In this document: in pieces, positions 7,877-17,614 of the stretch | How positions within the stretch are numbered: the first letter of the stretch is position 1 | How the letters are laid out: each line of letters begins with the position of its first letter | Assembly: GCA_041671545.1 (NCBI GenBank) | Contig: JBAZBI010000016.1 | Span: 20,637 to 84,636, forward strand | DNA from: Ignavibacteriaceae bacterium | GTDB lineage: Bacteria > Bacteroidota > Ignavibacteria > Ignavibacteriales > Ignavibacteriaceae | DNA: 64,000 nucleotides | Direction of reading: 5' to 3' | Notes under the pieces: model-generated | Database searches by the model: none | Seen by the model: the letters and a program-made list of their open reading frames with translations, nothing else | Told to the model about the DNA's origin: nothing | Made by a program: the position numbers and the translations under genes

Positions 7877-9838
7877 TTAAACTAAAAAGTTTTCCTCCTT
7901 TTTATCCACCCAATTCCCATCCTCTTTTATAAGCTCTATTAATTCATTAACAGCGTTTTCTGAAAGAACGTTCCTTCGCATAATTTCCTTTCCACGGTAA
8001 AGGGTAATTTTCCCGGGACCCGAACCGACATAACCGTAATCCGCATCAGCCATTTCTCCAGGACCATTTACAATACAGCCCATTATGGCAATTTTTACCC
8101 CTTTCAAATGTTCTGTTCGTTTTCTGATTTTATCTGTTGTTTCAAGAAGATCAAAAAGAGTTCTGCCGCAGGAAGGGCAAGCGATATATTCTGTTTTGGA
8201 GATCCGTACGCGTGAAGCTTGTAAAATGCCGAATAAGATTCTATTGCATTCTTTTATTGAGATTTCAGACGAAGAAACCGAAGCCCAAATTCCGTCTCCC
8301 AAACCATCAATTAACAATGCACCAATATCCGTGGCGGCAAATAATCTAAATTCTTCAAGCGAAATATTTTTATAATCTCTTTTAATAATCACCGGATTTT
8401 TTATTTGATGATTCATTAATTCTGAAATTAATCTCCGTTGTTCTGCCATCCCGTGGAGATTCGCTGTTTCAACTATGAGAATTAGGGATTGATCATTTTT
8501 AATTTCAGTCATTGATTTATCAGTTAGATCGTTCAGCCGGATCGAAACGAAGTTGAAAATTCCTGCTGAATCTTTTTCTTTTTTATAATCAGAATAATTT
8601 TTGAAGTAGGGATAACACGAAGTTTTTTCTTTGACTACTTGCCAAGTCTCAAAACTATAAACCGGACGCAAACTGTTTGGAACCTTAAACGGGAGAACAT
8701 TATCGCCAAGATAAACAAAGTCGGAAGCCATGTCCGTCATATTCCATTTATCTGAGGCTTCATCATAAAAATAACCGATGGAATTCAGATCATTTTCTTT
8801 TTCAATTTTAGAAAAACGAAAATCCGAAATTACACGCGGCACATTGTTCCCTCCAATGCCGATCAATTCAAGAGATTCTCTTCTTCGGTACGAGAAAGGA
8901 TCAACGGGAACTTCATCAATTTCTTTAATTGGTTGGTGATTTTCTCTTCCTTTGTAACGATTCGCCAAAGCAATTGCGACAGGCGCTTCATATTCCGGAG
9001 CTTCGGTTAAAGAAACTCTGATGGTGTCGCCTATCCCGTCTTCGAGTAAAGCCCCAATTCCAACCGCTGATTTTATTCTTCCATCTTCCCCGTCTCCGGC
9101 TTCCGTTACTCCAAGATGAAGCGGATAGTTCATTCCTTCCGTTTCCATTTTATTAATCAGCAAACGATAGGCTTCAACCATAATCTGGGTGTTGCTCGCT
9201 TTCATCGAAAGAACAATTTGATGATAATTATTTGCTTCGCAGATGCGTAAAAACTCTAACGCTGATTCCACCATGCCAAGCGGAGTATCGCCGTAACGGC
9301 TTAAAATCCTATCTGAAAGTGAACCATGGTTGGTTCCGATACGCATCGCTGTGCCGTATTCTTTGCAGATTTTTACAAGCGGAGTAAAACGATGGTGCAA
9401 TCTTTCTATCTCTTCATCATATTCTTTTTGTGTGTACTCGATCGTTTCAAATTTTTTCTTATCAACGTAATTGCCGGGATTAACGCGAACCTTCTCCACA
9501 ATTCTTGCTGCAAGTTCCGCAGCGTTTGGGGTAAAGTGAATATCGGCAATCAGTGGAACATTATACCCGCGCCGCTTTAATTCTTTTTTTATTTCTAAAA
9601 GATTTTGCGCTTCCTTCAAACTCGGTGCAGTAATGCGAACGTACTCACAGCCGGAGTTTATCATTCGGATCGTCTGTTCTACAGTACCGATGGTATCCAT
9701 TGTGTCGGTGGTGGTCATCGATTGAATGCGGATCGGATTATTTCCGCCAAGCGGAATGTTACCGATAAAAACTTCTCTAGTTTTATAGCGGGAATAATTT
9801 GTTAAGCTGTTACAATATTTATTAAGTGATGAAATCAT
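7877..9838 (-). CDS. ispG: 4-hydroxy-3-methylbut-2-enyl diphosphate synthase, long form
   Basis: GGNNPIRIQSMT, RIGTNHGSL, C-terminal ACPSCGRT and MGCIVNGPGEMADADYG Fe-S region. Large central insertion. Confidence 0.92.
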   Translation of the reverse strand: MISSLNKYCNSLTNYSRYKTREVFIGNIPLGGNNPIRIQSMTTTDTMDTIGTVEQTIRMINSGCEYVRITAPSLKEAQNLLEIKKELKRRGYNVPLIADIHFTPNAAELAARIVEKVRVNPGNYVDKKKFETIEYTQKEYDEEIERLHHRFTPLVKICKEYGTAMRIGTNHGSLSDRILSRYGDTPLGMVESALEFLRICEANNYHQIVLSMKASNTQIMVEAYRLLINKMETEGMNYPLHLGVTEAGDGEDGRIKSAVGIGALLEDGIGDTIRVSLTEAPEYEAPVAIALANRYKGRENHQPIKEIDEVPVDPFSYRRRESLELIGIGGNNVPRVISDFRFSKIEKENDLNSIGYFYDEASDKWNMTDMASDFVYLGDNVLPFKVPNSLRPVYSFETWQVVKEKTSCYPYFKNYSDYKKEKDSAGIFNFVSIRLNDLTDKSMTEIKNDQSLILIVETANLHGMAEQRRLISELMNHQIKNPVIIKRDYKNISLEEFRLFAATDIGALLIDGLGDGIWASVSSSEISIKECNRILFGILQASRVRISKTEYIACPSCGRTLFDLLETTDKIRKRTEHLKGVKIAIMGCIVNGPGEMADADYGYVGSGPGKITLYRGKEIMRRNVLSENAVNELIELIKEDGNWVDKKEENFLV

Positions 9839-9893
9839 AAGTCAATTAGATAGTTAGTAAAAATACTATTGCGATAAAAACTTGAGACAGAAT

Positions 9894-9977
9894 GGATGAA
9901 TGAATGAATGTTTTAAATTTAGAATTAGTATATATTTTAATGTTTTCCATTCAATCATGCAACCATTCAATCATTCG
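9894..9977. repeat. family-2 (GAATGAATGG) imperfect inverted repeat, copy B
   Basis: Left arm GGATGAATGAATGAATG, right arm CCATTCAATCATGCAACCATTCAATCATTCG. Shares a 14-mer with copy A. Confidence 0.5.
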
Positions 9978-10023
9978 TTCGTTGAGTAATTATTATTAAA
10001 TTCTGACTCTGTAAAATTACGGC

Positions 10024-10578
10024 TTACTCATTTAGTTTAATTAGTATTGCTTCGGCAAACTCTTCGCTTGCCTCAGCGTCTCTTGCTGTGATAATATTTT
10101 TTCTGACAATAACTTTCTCATCTTTAAACTCAGCTCCGGCTTTAGTTAGTTCCATTTTATCGTTAGGATAGCAGGCTGCGGTTACGTTTTTTAAGATTCC
10201 GGCTTGTGCCAAAATTACCGGTGCGGAACAAATTGCCGCGGTGATCTTTTTCTTTTGGTGAAATTTAATGGCAATTTTATGAAGCATCCGGTTGTTCCAA
10301 TATTCTTTAACGCCGCTTCCGCCGATGAAGACTATGGCGCTAAAATTATTTTCGTTCAAGTTAAAAAACGAAACATCGTTCTTGAATTTCAGGCCGTTTT
10401 TCCCTTCACAAAAAGAATCTGCATCCGAAGCAACAAAAATCTTACATCCCCCTTTTTCAAGAATACCTTTTGTAGTAAGAAATTCTACTTCGTTAAAATC
10501 TTTTTTCGGAAGAATGAAAAGAATACTTTCTGCTATCACGGTTTTGGTGTCGGTAAATGTCATAAAATTTGTAAGCAA
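10024..10578 (-). CDS. DJ-1/PfpI family protein
   Basis: FIGGSG... and the nucleophile-elbow AAICSAPVILAQAGIL. Start could instead be the ATG at 10563. Confidence 0.8.
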   Translation of the reverse strand: MLTNFMTFTDTKTVIAESILFILPKKDFNEVEFLTTKGILEKGGCKIFVASDADSFCEGKNGLKFKNDVSFFNLNENNFSAIVFIGGSGVKEYWNNRMLHKIAIKFHQKKKITAAICSAPVILAQAGILKNVTAACYPNDKMELTKAGAEFKDEKVIVRKNIITARDAEASEEFAEAILIKLNE

Positions 10579-10656
10579 TATAACCTAAACGACTTAAGTT
10601 TAAAAACCAGACAATTTTCATACCTGTCCACAACCCGATTTTTTTTATATTTGCTT

Positions 10657-12516
10657 ATGAGAATTTCAGAAACGCAAATAGAACAAATACGAACTTCCGC
10701 GGATATTGTTGATGTTATTTCAAACAGCGTACAACTGCGCAAACGGGGAAATAATTTCATCGGACTCTGTCCTTTCCACAACGAAAAAACTCCTTCTTTC
10801 ACTGTAAGTCAAGACAAACAAATTTTTCATTGTTTCGGCTGCCATGCCGGAGGCAATGTTTTTAAATTTTTAATGGAGTACAAAAAAATATCGTTTGTGG
10901 AGTCGGTGCAGGAAATTGCCGCAGACCTTGGAATAACTATTGAATATGAAAACCAGCGAAGCGAAGCGGAACAAAGCGAAACAGAAATCCTTTTTGACAT
11001 CAACACTTCCGTGGCAAAGTTTTTCAGCGACAATCTTTTAAGGGAAGAAGAAGGGAACATTGCACGCAAATATTTTGAAGACCGGAAAATAAAACCGCAA
11101 ACGCTGCGCGCGTTCGGTCTTGGTTACTGCCCGGATCATTGGGATTCGACGGTAAACTTTTTAAACAAAAATAACATCGCGCTTGAAAGAGCTTTAGAAC
11201 TTGGAGTAATCGGCAAATCAGAAAAAGGAAAGTTGTACGATAAATTTGCAGGACGAATGATCTTTCCGATCTTTTCTCCAAACGGAAGAGTGATCGGTTT
11301 TGGCGGAAGAATTTTTGATTCGCGTGAAGGAGCGGCAAAATATTTAAACTCGCCTGAATCAAAAATTTATCACAAAGGGAGAACGCTCTACGGACTTTCG
11401 CATGGGAAAGATGAGATCCGCCGCCAGGATCTGGCAATTGTGGTTGAAGGATATATGGATTTAATTTCTCTTCATCAGCACGGAATTAAAAATGTTGTTG
11501 CGGTTTCAGGCACAGCTTTTACCGATGAGCAAGTCCAGCTTCTTTCCCGCTACACAAAAAATACGGTTCTATTGTTTGATGCCGATACAGCCGGTGTTAA
11601 AGCCTCAATGCGGAGTATTGAAATTCTTTTAAAACAAAACATGAACATAAAGATCGCAACACTTCCTCGCGGAGAAGACCCGGATTCTTACGTACAGAAA
11701 AACGGGAGCGATGCCTTTCTTGACATTATTGCGCGTGCGGTAAATTTTTTAGAATATCGTACAGCAATATTTGAAGAGCAAGGATATTTTAACGACGCGG
11801 CAAAATCCGCCGAAGCGATCCGTGAACTTGTAAAACCGGTTGCATTGTTAAATGATGAATTGAAGCGAAGTTTTCTTTTAAAATCAATTGCGGAAAAATT
11901 CGGTTTGCGTGAAAAACTTCTTGAAGCTGAACTTGAAAAAGCAATCGCCGGAACAAATAAATTTGCCGTTCAGGAACAAAATCAAAAAGAAAAAATCCAG
12001 CAGAAAGAGATTGCGGAAGCTGTTGAGGCAAAGATGCTTCCGGCGGAATTCAGAAACGAACAAGAAATTATTATCCTGTTGTTTGAGGGACATGAACAAA
12101 TTACCAGATATATTCTTGACCATGTAAATCCTGATGAATTCCAAATTCCTTACCACAAAACACTTGCTCATTTGGTATACAATGCCCTGGTAAATGATGA
12201 ACCTTTAGAGATAAGCAGATTACTCGAAAAAATTGACAATGAAAAACTGCAAGAATATCTGCTTGAAATTACTTTTGAGAAATATCTCATCAGTGAGCTT
12301 TGGGATCAGCGCAAGCCGGAGAATAAAGAAAAACGATTCCTTAAATACGGAAGCGATTTGATCAAGTCATTCAAACTTTTTCACCTTGAAAAAGAAATTG
12401 CTGAGAACCATGCTTTATTAGTAAAAGCTGAGGATGAGGAAGAAGCATTGGAATTGATGAAAAAAGGTATTCAACTTCAAGCGAAGAAAAAGGAAATTGA
12501 GAAGGGAAATTATTAA
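10657..12516 (+). CDS. dnaG: DNA primase
   Basis: In-frame ATG at 10657 gives MRISETQIEQIR...GLCPFHNEKTPSFTVS...FHCFGCHAGGN (zinc finger) plus a TOPRIM region (VVEGYMD, LFDADTAG). The ORF upstream of 10657 is antisense to the DJ-1 gene. Confidence 0.9.
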   Translation: MRISETQIEQIRTSADIVDVISNSVQLRKRGNNFIGLCPFHNEKTPSFTVSQDKQIFHCFGCHAGGNVFKFLMEYKKISFVESVQEIAADLGITIEYENQRSEAEQSETEILFDINTSVAKFFSDNLLREEEGNIARKYFEDRKIKPQTLRAFGLGYCPDHWDSTVNFLNKNNIALERALELGVIGKSEKGKLYDKFAGRMIFPIFSPNGRVIGFGGRIFDSREGAAKYLNSPESKIYHKGRTLYGLSHGKDEIRRQDLAIVVEGYMDLISLHQHGIKNVVAVSGTAFTDEQVQLLSRYTKNTVLLFDADTAGVKASMRSIEILLKQNMNIKIATLPRGEDPDSYVQKNGSDAFLDIIARAVNFLEYRTAIFEEQGYFNDAAKSAEAIRELVKPVALLNDELKRSFLLKSIAEKFGLREKLLEAELEKAIAGTNKFAVQEQNQKEKIQQKEIAEAVEAKMLPAEFRNEQEIIILLFEGHEQITRYILDHVNPDEFQIPYHKTLAHLVYNALVNDEPLEISRLLEKIDNEKLQEYLLEITFEKYLISELWDQRKPENKEKRFLKYGSDLIKSFKLFHLEKEIAENHALLVKAEDEEEALELMKKGIQLQAKKKEIEKGNY

Positions 12517-12561
12517 GAGTTAACATCTCAAATTCTACATTTTGGGAAGATAATATTATTC

Positions 12562-12645
12562 TTGAATATCGAATATTGAACAAGGAATTATGAATGATGA
12601 TGTTTTTTCCCCTTCCAAAATCGTAATTCCTTGTTCGTTATTCAT
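12562..12645 (-). repeat. family-1 palindromic intergenic element, copy 2 (~84 bp)
   Basis: Reverse complement matches copy 1 at both arms (27/27 and 17/17 nt) with a diverged centre. An extra half-arm ATTCTTTGTTCAACAATA lies at 12647-12664. Confidence 0.75.
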
Positions 12646-12697
12646 TATTCTTTGTTCAACAATACAATTTGGGATGGGAAAAGAAGTAAGTCTCTTC

Positions 12698-12725
12698 TTC
12701 CCTCCTCTTAAAAAAGAGGAGGGAG
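12698..12725 (-). terminator. GC-rich hairpin downstream of gap (terminator or stabiliser)
   Basis: TTCCCTCCTCTT-AAAA-AAGAGGAGGGAG, an 11-12-bp stem about 16 nt after the gap stop. No clean U-tract. Confidence 0.45.
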
Positions 12726-12740
12726 AAAAGGATAACAAAT

Positions 12741-13814
<1,074 letters not shown>

Positions 13815-13840
13815 TCAAATATTAAATAAGTTACAAAGTA

Positions 13841-13869
13841 AATTTAGCTAAGATTGAAAATAATATCAA
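13841..13869 (-). promoter_or_regulatory. sigma70-like promoter upstream of gap (TTGATA-17-TAAATT)
   Basis: Minus-strand hexamers at 13869-13864 and 13846-13841. Confidence 0.4.
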
Positions 13870-13900
13870 TGAAATGAGGAGATTATTTCTCAAGTTTGTA

Positions 13901-13929
13901 TTGATTTTCGTTTACGTTGAAAGTATATT
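13901..13929 (+). promoter_or_regulatory. sigma70-like promoter upstream of crp/fnr-family gene (TTGATT-17-TATATT)
   Basis: Hexamers at 13901-13906 and 13924-13929, about 34 nt before the ATG. Confidence 0.45.
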
Positions 13930-13962
13930 CAAGGTAGAAAATTCAAAATAATAGGAAATGAC

Positions 13963-14643
13963 ATGGTAAAAGATGATTTTCTTAAGTACGTCCCCATTTT
14001 TACGGATTTGGATCAAAGCACATTAGATAAAATTGCCGATCTCGGTAACTTTCGGAAATTTGAGAAAGACTCGGTAATACTCCTTGAGAACGAAACCGGT
14101 TCTGCGCTTTTTGTTATTGTAAATGGAAAGGTAAAAGTCTCCCGTACAAGTGATGACGGAAGAGAAGTTATTCTAACCATTTTAGCTGACTCTGATTTTT
14201 TTGGAGAGATGGCTATCCTCGATGGGCAAAATCGCTCAGCCAATGTTACTGCAATTGATGACACAGAATTATTCCTCATCCAACGAAGTGATTTTCTGGA
14301 CTTGCTTTACAATCATCCGGAAGTCTCAATTTCACTTCTTCAGGAACTTACTAAACGTCTCCGCGGCGCCGATATGAAAATAAAATCCCTCTCGTTAAAA
14401 GACGCAGAAGGTAAAGTTGCCACTGTTATCCTTCAGTTAGCCGATGACATCGGAAAAATAAAACAAGGCGTAGTGGAAATTGACAAACTTCCATTTCAGC
14501 ATGATTTAGCAAACATGGCGGGAACCTCGCGAGAGACTATTTCACGCACACTTCACACGTTTGCTAAAAAAGGACTCATCGAACTCGAAGGGACAAAACT
14601 CCGAATTATTAATTACGAAAAATTTAAAGAAATGTTTGATTGA
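13963..14643 (+). CDS. Crp/Fnr family transcriptional regulator
   Basis: cNMP-binding fold (FFGEMAILDGQNRSANV) plus C-terminal HTH (LANMAGTSRETISRTL). Confidence 0.85.
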   Translation: MVKDDFLKYVPIFTDLDQSTLDKIADLGNFRKFEKDSVILLENETGSALFVIVNGKVKVSRTSDDGREVILTILADSDFFGEMAILDGQNRSANVTAIDDTELFLIQRSDFLDLLYNHPEVSISLLQELTKRLRGADMKIKSLSLKDAEGKVATVILQLADDIGKIKQGVVEIDKLPFQHDLANMAGTSRETISRTLHTFAKKGLIELEGTKLRIINYEKFKEMFD

Positions 14644-14654
14644 CAGAATAAAAG

Positions 14655-15494
14655 ATGCCCCCTAAAATTGATCTTCATTCACATACGAAATTTTCAGACG
14701 GGTATTTTGCACCTCAAGAACTTCTCGAAATCATAAGCGAAAAAAATATTTCGGTATTAGCGATCACTGATCACGATACTGTTGATGCTATTCCTCCGGC
14801 CGCAACCTTAGGGAAAAAATTCGGAATAACGATCATTCCCGGAGTTGAGTTAAGTTCCCAGGAAGGCGAGAGGGATTTACATATTCTGGGATATTTTGTT
14901 GATATAGAAAACGAGGAATTCAAAAAATATCTTGCTCTTTTCAAATCCGAAAGAATCAAGCGAGCTGAAAGAATAATTAAAAAGTTAAACAATCTCGGAT
15001 TCGCCATTACAATTGATGATGTTCTTTCGCTTTCCGAAACCTCGGTTGTGGGAAGACCGCACATAGCTGATGCTTTAGTAAAGTTGGGAATCGTCAAATC
15101 TTTTTATGAAGCTTTTCAAAAATTCTTGGGGAACAATTCTCCCGCTTACGAAAAAAAATATTACATCTCTCCTCAAACCGCAATACAAATAATTCATGAT
15201 GCGGGTGGTTTGGCAGTTATCGCACATCCGGGAGCGCTTCCCGAAGAGACAATCCAGGGGTTGATCAAAGCCGATATCGATGGTTTTGAAATTTATCATC
15301 CGGCGCATTCAGCCGAACAAATGAAATATTACGAAGGAATTACAAACAATTATTTTCTTTACGGCACCGGCGGATCTGATTTTCATGGCGGAACCCGTTC
15401 GGATGCAAATAATATCGGCAGATACTATACTCCGGTTGGAACGTTCGAATCGATGAAAAGAAAATCTCTCGAAAGGCGTCCGGTAAATTTGTGA
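14655..15494 (+). CDS. PHP-domain phosphoesterase (TrpH/YciV-like)
   Basis: IDLHSHTKFSDG, ITDHDT, VIAHP, GGSDFHG metal-ligand motifs. Confidence 0.8.
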   Translation: MPPKIDLHSHTKFSDGYFAPQELLEIISEKNISVLAITDHDTVDAIPPAATLGKKFGITIIPGVELSSQEGERDLHILGYFVDIENEEFKKYLALFKSERIKRAERIIKKLNNLGFAITIDDVLSLSETSVVGRPHIADALVKLGIVKSFYEAFQKFLGNNSPAYEKKYYISPQTAIQIIHDAGGLAVIAHPGALPEETIQGLIKADIDGFEIYHPAHSAEQMKYYEGITNNYFLYGTGGSDFHGGTRSDANNIGRYYTPVGTFESMKRKSLERRPVNL

Positions 15495-15562
15495 TCATCC
15501 TTTTTTAATTAATCGTAATAAGATATTTTTGAATTACAACTTTTAACAAATTGAGATTAAGA

Positions 15563-16024
15563 ATGAAAACCATCGAAGGAAACCTCACTGCAAAAGATTT
15601 ACAGATCGGAATTGTTTTAAGCCGGTTTAATGATTTTATTACCACAAAACTTTTTGAAGGAGCCGTTGACTGTTTGCTTCGTCACGGAGGTGATGATAAA
15701 AATATTACAACAGTGAAAGTACCGGGTTCATTCGAAATTCCTCTTGCAGCAGCAAAATTAGCCGGTCAGAAAAAATATGATGCTATTATTTGTCTTGGGA
15801 CCGTAATTCGCGGTGCAACTCCCCACTTTGATTTTATTTCGAGCGAAGTGAGCAAAGGAATTGCTTCTGTCTCTCTAACTTATGGAATTCCAGTTGCCTT
15901 CGGCGTTCTAACTACCGACACAATTGAACAAGCAATTGAACGTGCCGGGACAAAAGCCGGAAATAAAGGCTGGGACGCTGCACTTACCGCAATGGAAATG
16001 GCAAACGTTATTAAAAGTTTATAA
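15563..16024 (+). CDS. ribH: 6,7-dimethyl-8-ribityllumazine synthase
   Basis: [41 protein letters not shown] at 15563 preferred over the TTG at 15551. Confidence 0.92.
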   Translation: MKTIEGNLTAKDLQIGIVLSRFNDFITTKLFEGAVDCLLRHGGDDKNITTVKVPGSFEIPLAAAKLAGQKKYDAIICLGTVIRGATPHFDFISSEVSKGIASVSLTYGIPVAFGVLTTDTIEQAIERAGTKAGNKGWDAALTAMEMANVIKSL

Positions 16025-16051
16025 GTTTTGCCTGTTGACGCTAAACTAAAT

Positions 16052-17614
16052 ATGAGGGGATATCAACATCTAAAAGACATAAGTGATAATAAAAAAGATT
16101 TTATCTTTTTCCTTGTTCTTCTTTTTTTTGGAATTTTAATTTTTGCCCCATCACTCCAAATCCCATTTATCAGCGATGAAGTTGCGTTTATTAAAAGGAA
16201 CACTGTTTCCAATCTTGCGCAACTCTTAGCTCTCTTTGATAAAAAAGATTATGACGGGTTTTATTACAGACCGCTCGGAAATTTGGTCTCCGGTATTTTG
16301 ACTTTATTTGCCGGAGATAATGCGTTTCTCTACCGATTATTCAACGTCATTCTTCACGTTGTAAATACGTTCATCTTTTATCGATTTGCCAAAATCATTT
16401 CAGAAAAACTTGGAAATTCATCGTTTGCATATGTTGCCCCACTTATCTTTTTAGTTTTTCCCGGAAACGATTATGCGCTCCTTTGGCACACAGCTTTATT
16501 CGATCGATTGCTCCTGGGAGTTTATTTTCTAGGATTATTAAGTTTTCTTAAAAATTATCGCATCACAATTGCCTCCGTTTGTTTTTTTATTCTTGCGATA
16601 TTTTCGAAAGAATCGGCGTTTAGTTTTCCATTTGTTATTTTCATTGCGAATTATTTTCTAAATGAAAAGAGAGGTTCGCTTCTAAACTCCTTAAAAAAAT
16701 CGGGAGTTTATTTTCTTTTCCTTTTAGCTTTTCTTCTGGTCAGAATGGTTGTTTTTAACAACAATGTTTTTACAGCACAGGACGCGCACAGCAGCGCCGG
16801 TTTGTTCACAATCATCAAGAATTATTTCTTTTTCGGAGGCTTCCTCCTCTTCCCTTTTTCTCCACGAATGATCCAACAACTTTTACTCTCGCATCGTGAG
16901 TTAATATTTATTTTAGTTGGATTTGGATCGATCGCGACTTTTGTTCTTGTTTATAAAAATAAATCCGATAAACTTTTTTGGTTTTTATTACTCTTTGTCA
17001 TTCTCACAATTTTGCCGGCGAGTAGATTATTCATGCGCTGGTATCTTTATCTACCTTCAACAGGATTTGTCCTCTTGCTTTGCTATTTAATTTTTACAAC
17101 TTTCAAAGAAAGAAAACAAATTCTGTATGCCTCGCTTGTGATCATTTTTTCAATTTATTCTTCTTCACTTCTTCTAAAAGAAGTTACATGGTTGAATGTT
17201 TCGAAAAAATCAGTGGTTGCACTGAAAGAGTTGCAAAAAGAATTTGACTCAACTGAATTTACTTCAATCACTTTTCTTACTATTCCCGCAAAGGTTGGTG
17301 ATGTCCCGATCTACCAACTTCAATTTGAAACTCTTGTTCAATATTATCTAAAAAAACAAGTTTCGGTTACCGTATTGAGCAAATCATTCTTTTCAACCTG
17401 GGATGAAACGATTGCAGTGAAAGCAGAGAACAACGGAACAATTGTTCTTCAACATAACAAGGACAATTATTTTCTACTTTTTGATAACAAAAAAAATATT
17501 AATTTTGATTTGAAAACAGGAAAACAACTTTCCTTTCCAATTATTTGGGAAACAGGCACATTGTATGTTTTCTTTTCAGAAGGTAAATTTCAAAATATTA
17601 ACGGTAAGTTATGA
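16052..17614 (+). CDS. polytopic GT-C-like membrane protein (PMT/ArnT/TMTC-like)
   Basis: More than 10 predicted TM helices. N-terminal loop ISDEVAFIKRN ... YYRPLGNL resembles GT-C mannosyltransferase-like proteins. Start may be 16028 (TTG) or 16052 (ATG). Confidence 0.5.
   Translation: MRGYQHLKDISDNKKDFIFFLVLLFFGILIFAPSLQIPFISDEVAFIKRNTVSNLAQLLALFDKKDYDGFYYRPLGNLVSGILTLFAGDNAFLYRLFNVILHVVNTFIFYRFAKIISEKLGNSSFAYVAPLIFLVFPGNDYALLWHTALFDRLLLGVYFLGLLSFLKNYRITIASVCFFILAIFSKESAFSFPFVIFIANYFLNEKRGSLLNSLKKSGVYFLFLLAFLLVRMVVFNNNVFTAQDAHSSAGLFTIIKNYFFFGGFLLFPFSPRMIQQLLLSHRELIFILVGFGSIATFVLVYKNKSDKLFWFLLLFVILTILPASRLFMRWYLYLPSTGFVLLLCYLIFTTFKERKQILYASLVIIFSIYSSSLLLKEVTWLNVSKKSVVALKELQKEFDSTEFTSITFLTIPAKVGDVPIYQLQFETLVQYYLKKQVSVTVLSKSFFSTWDETIAVKAENNGTIVLQHNKDNYFLLFDNKKNINFDLKTGKQLSFPIIWETGTLYVFFSEGKFQNINGKL

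Noticed and set aside
10204-10656. N-terminal 151 codons of the long dnaG ORF
   Set aside because: This part overlaps the DJ-1/PfpI gene on the opposite strand. Primase homology begins only at the ATG at 10657.
15495-15562. FMN riboswitch upstream of ribH
   Set aside because: The intergenic region is only 68 nt, too short for the FMN aptamer, and has no conserved RFN-like stems.
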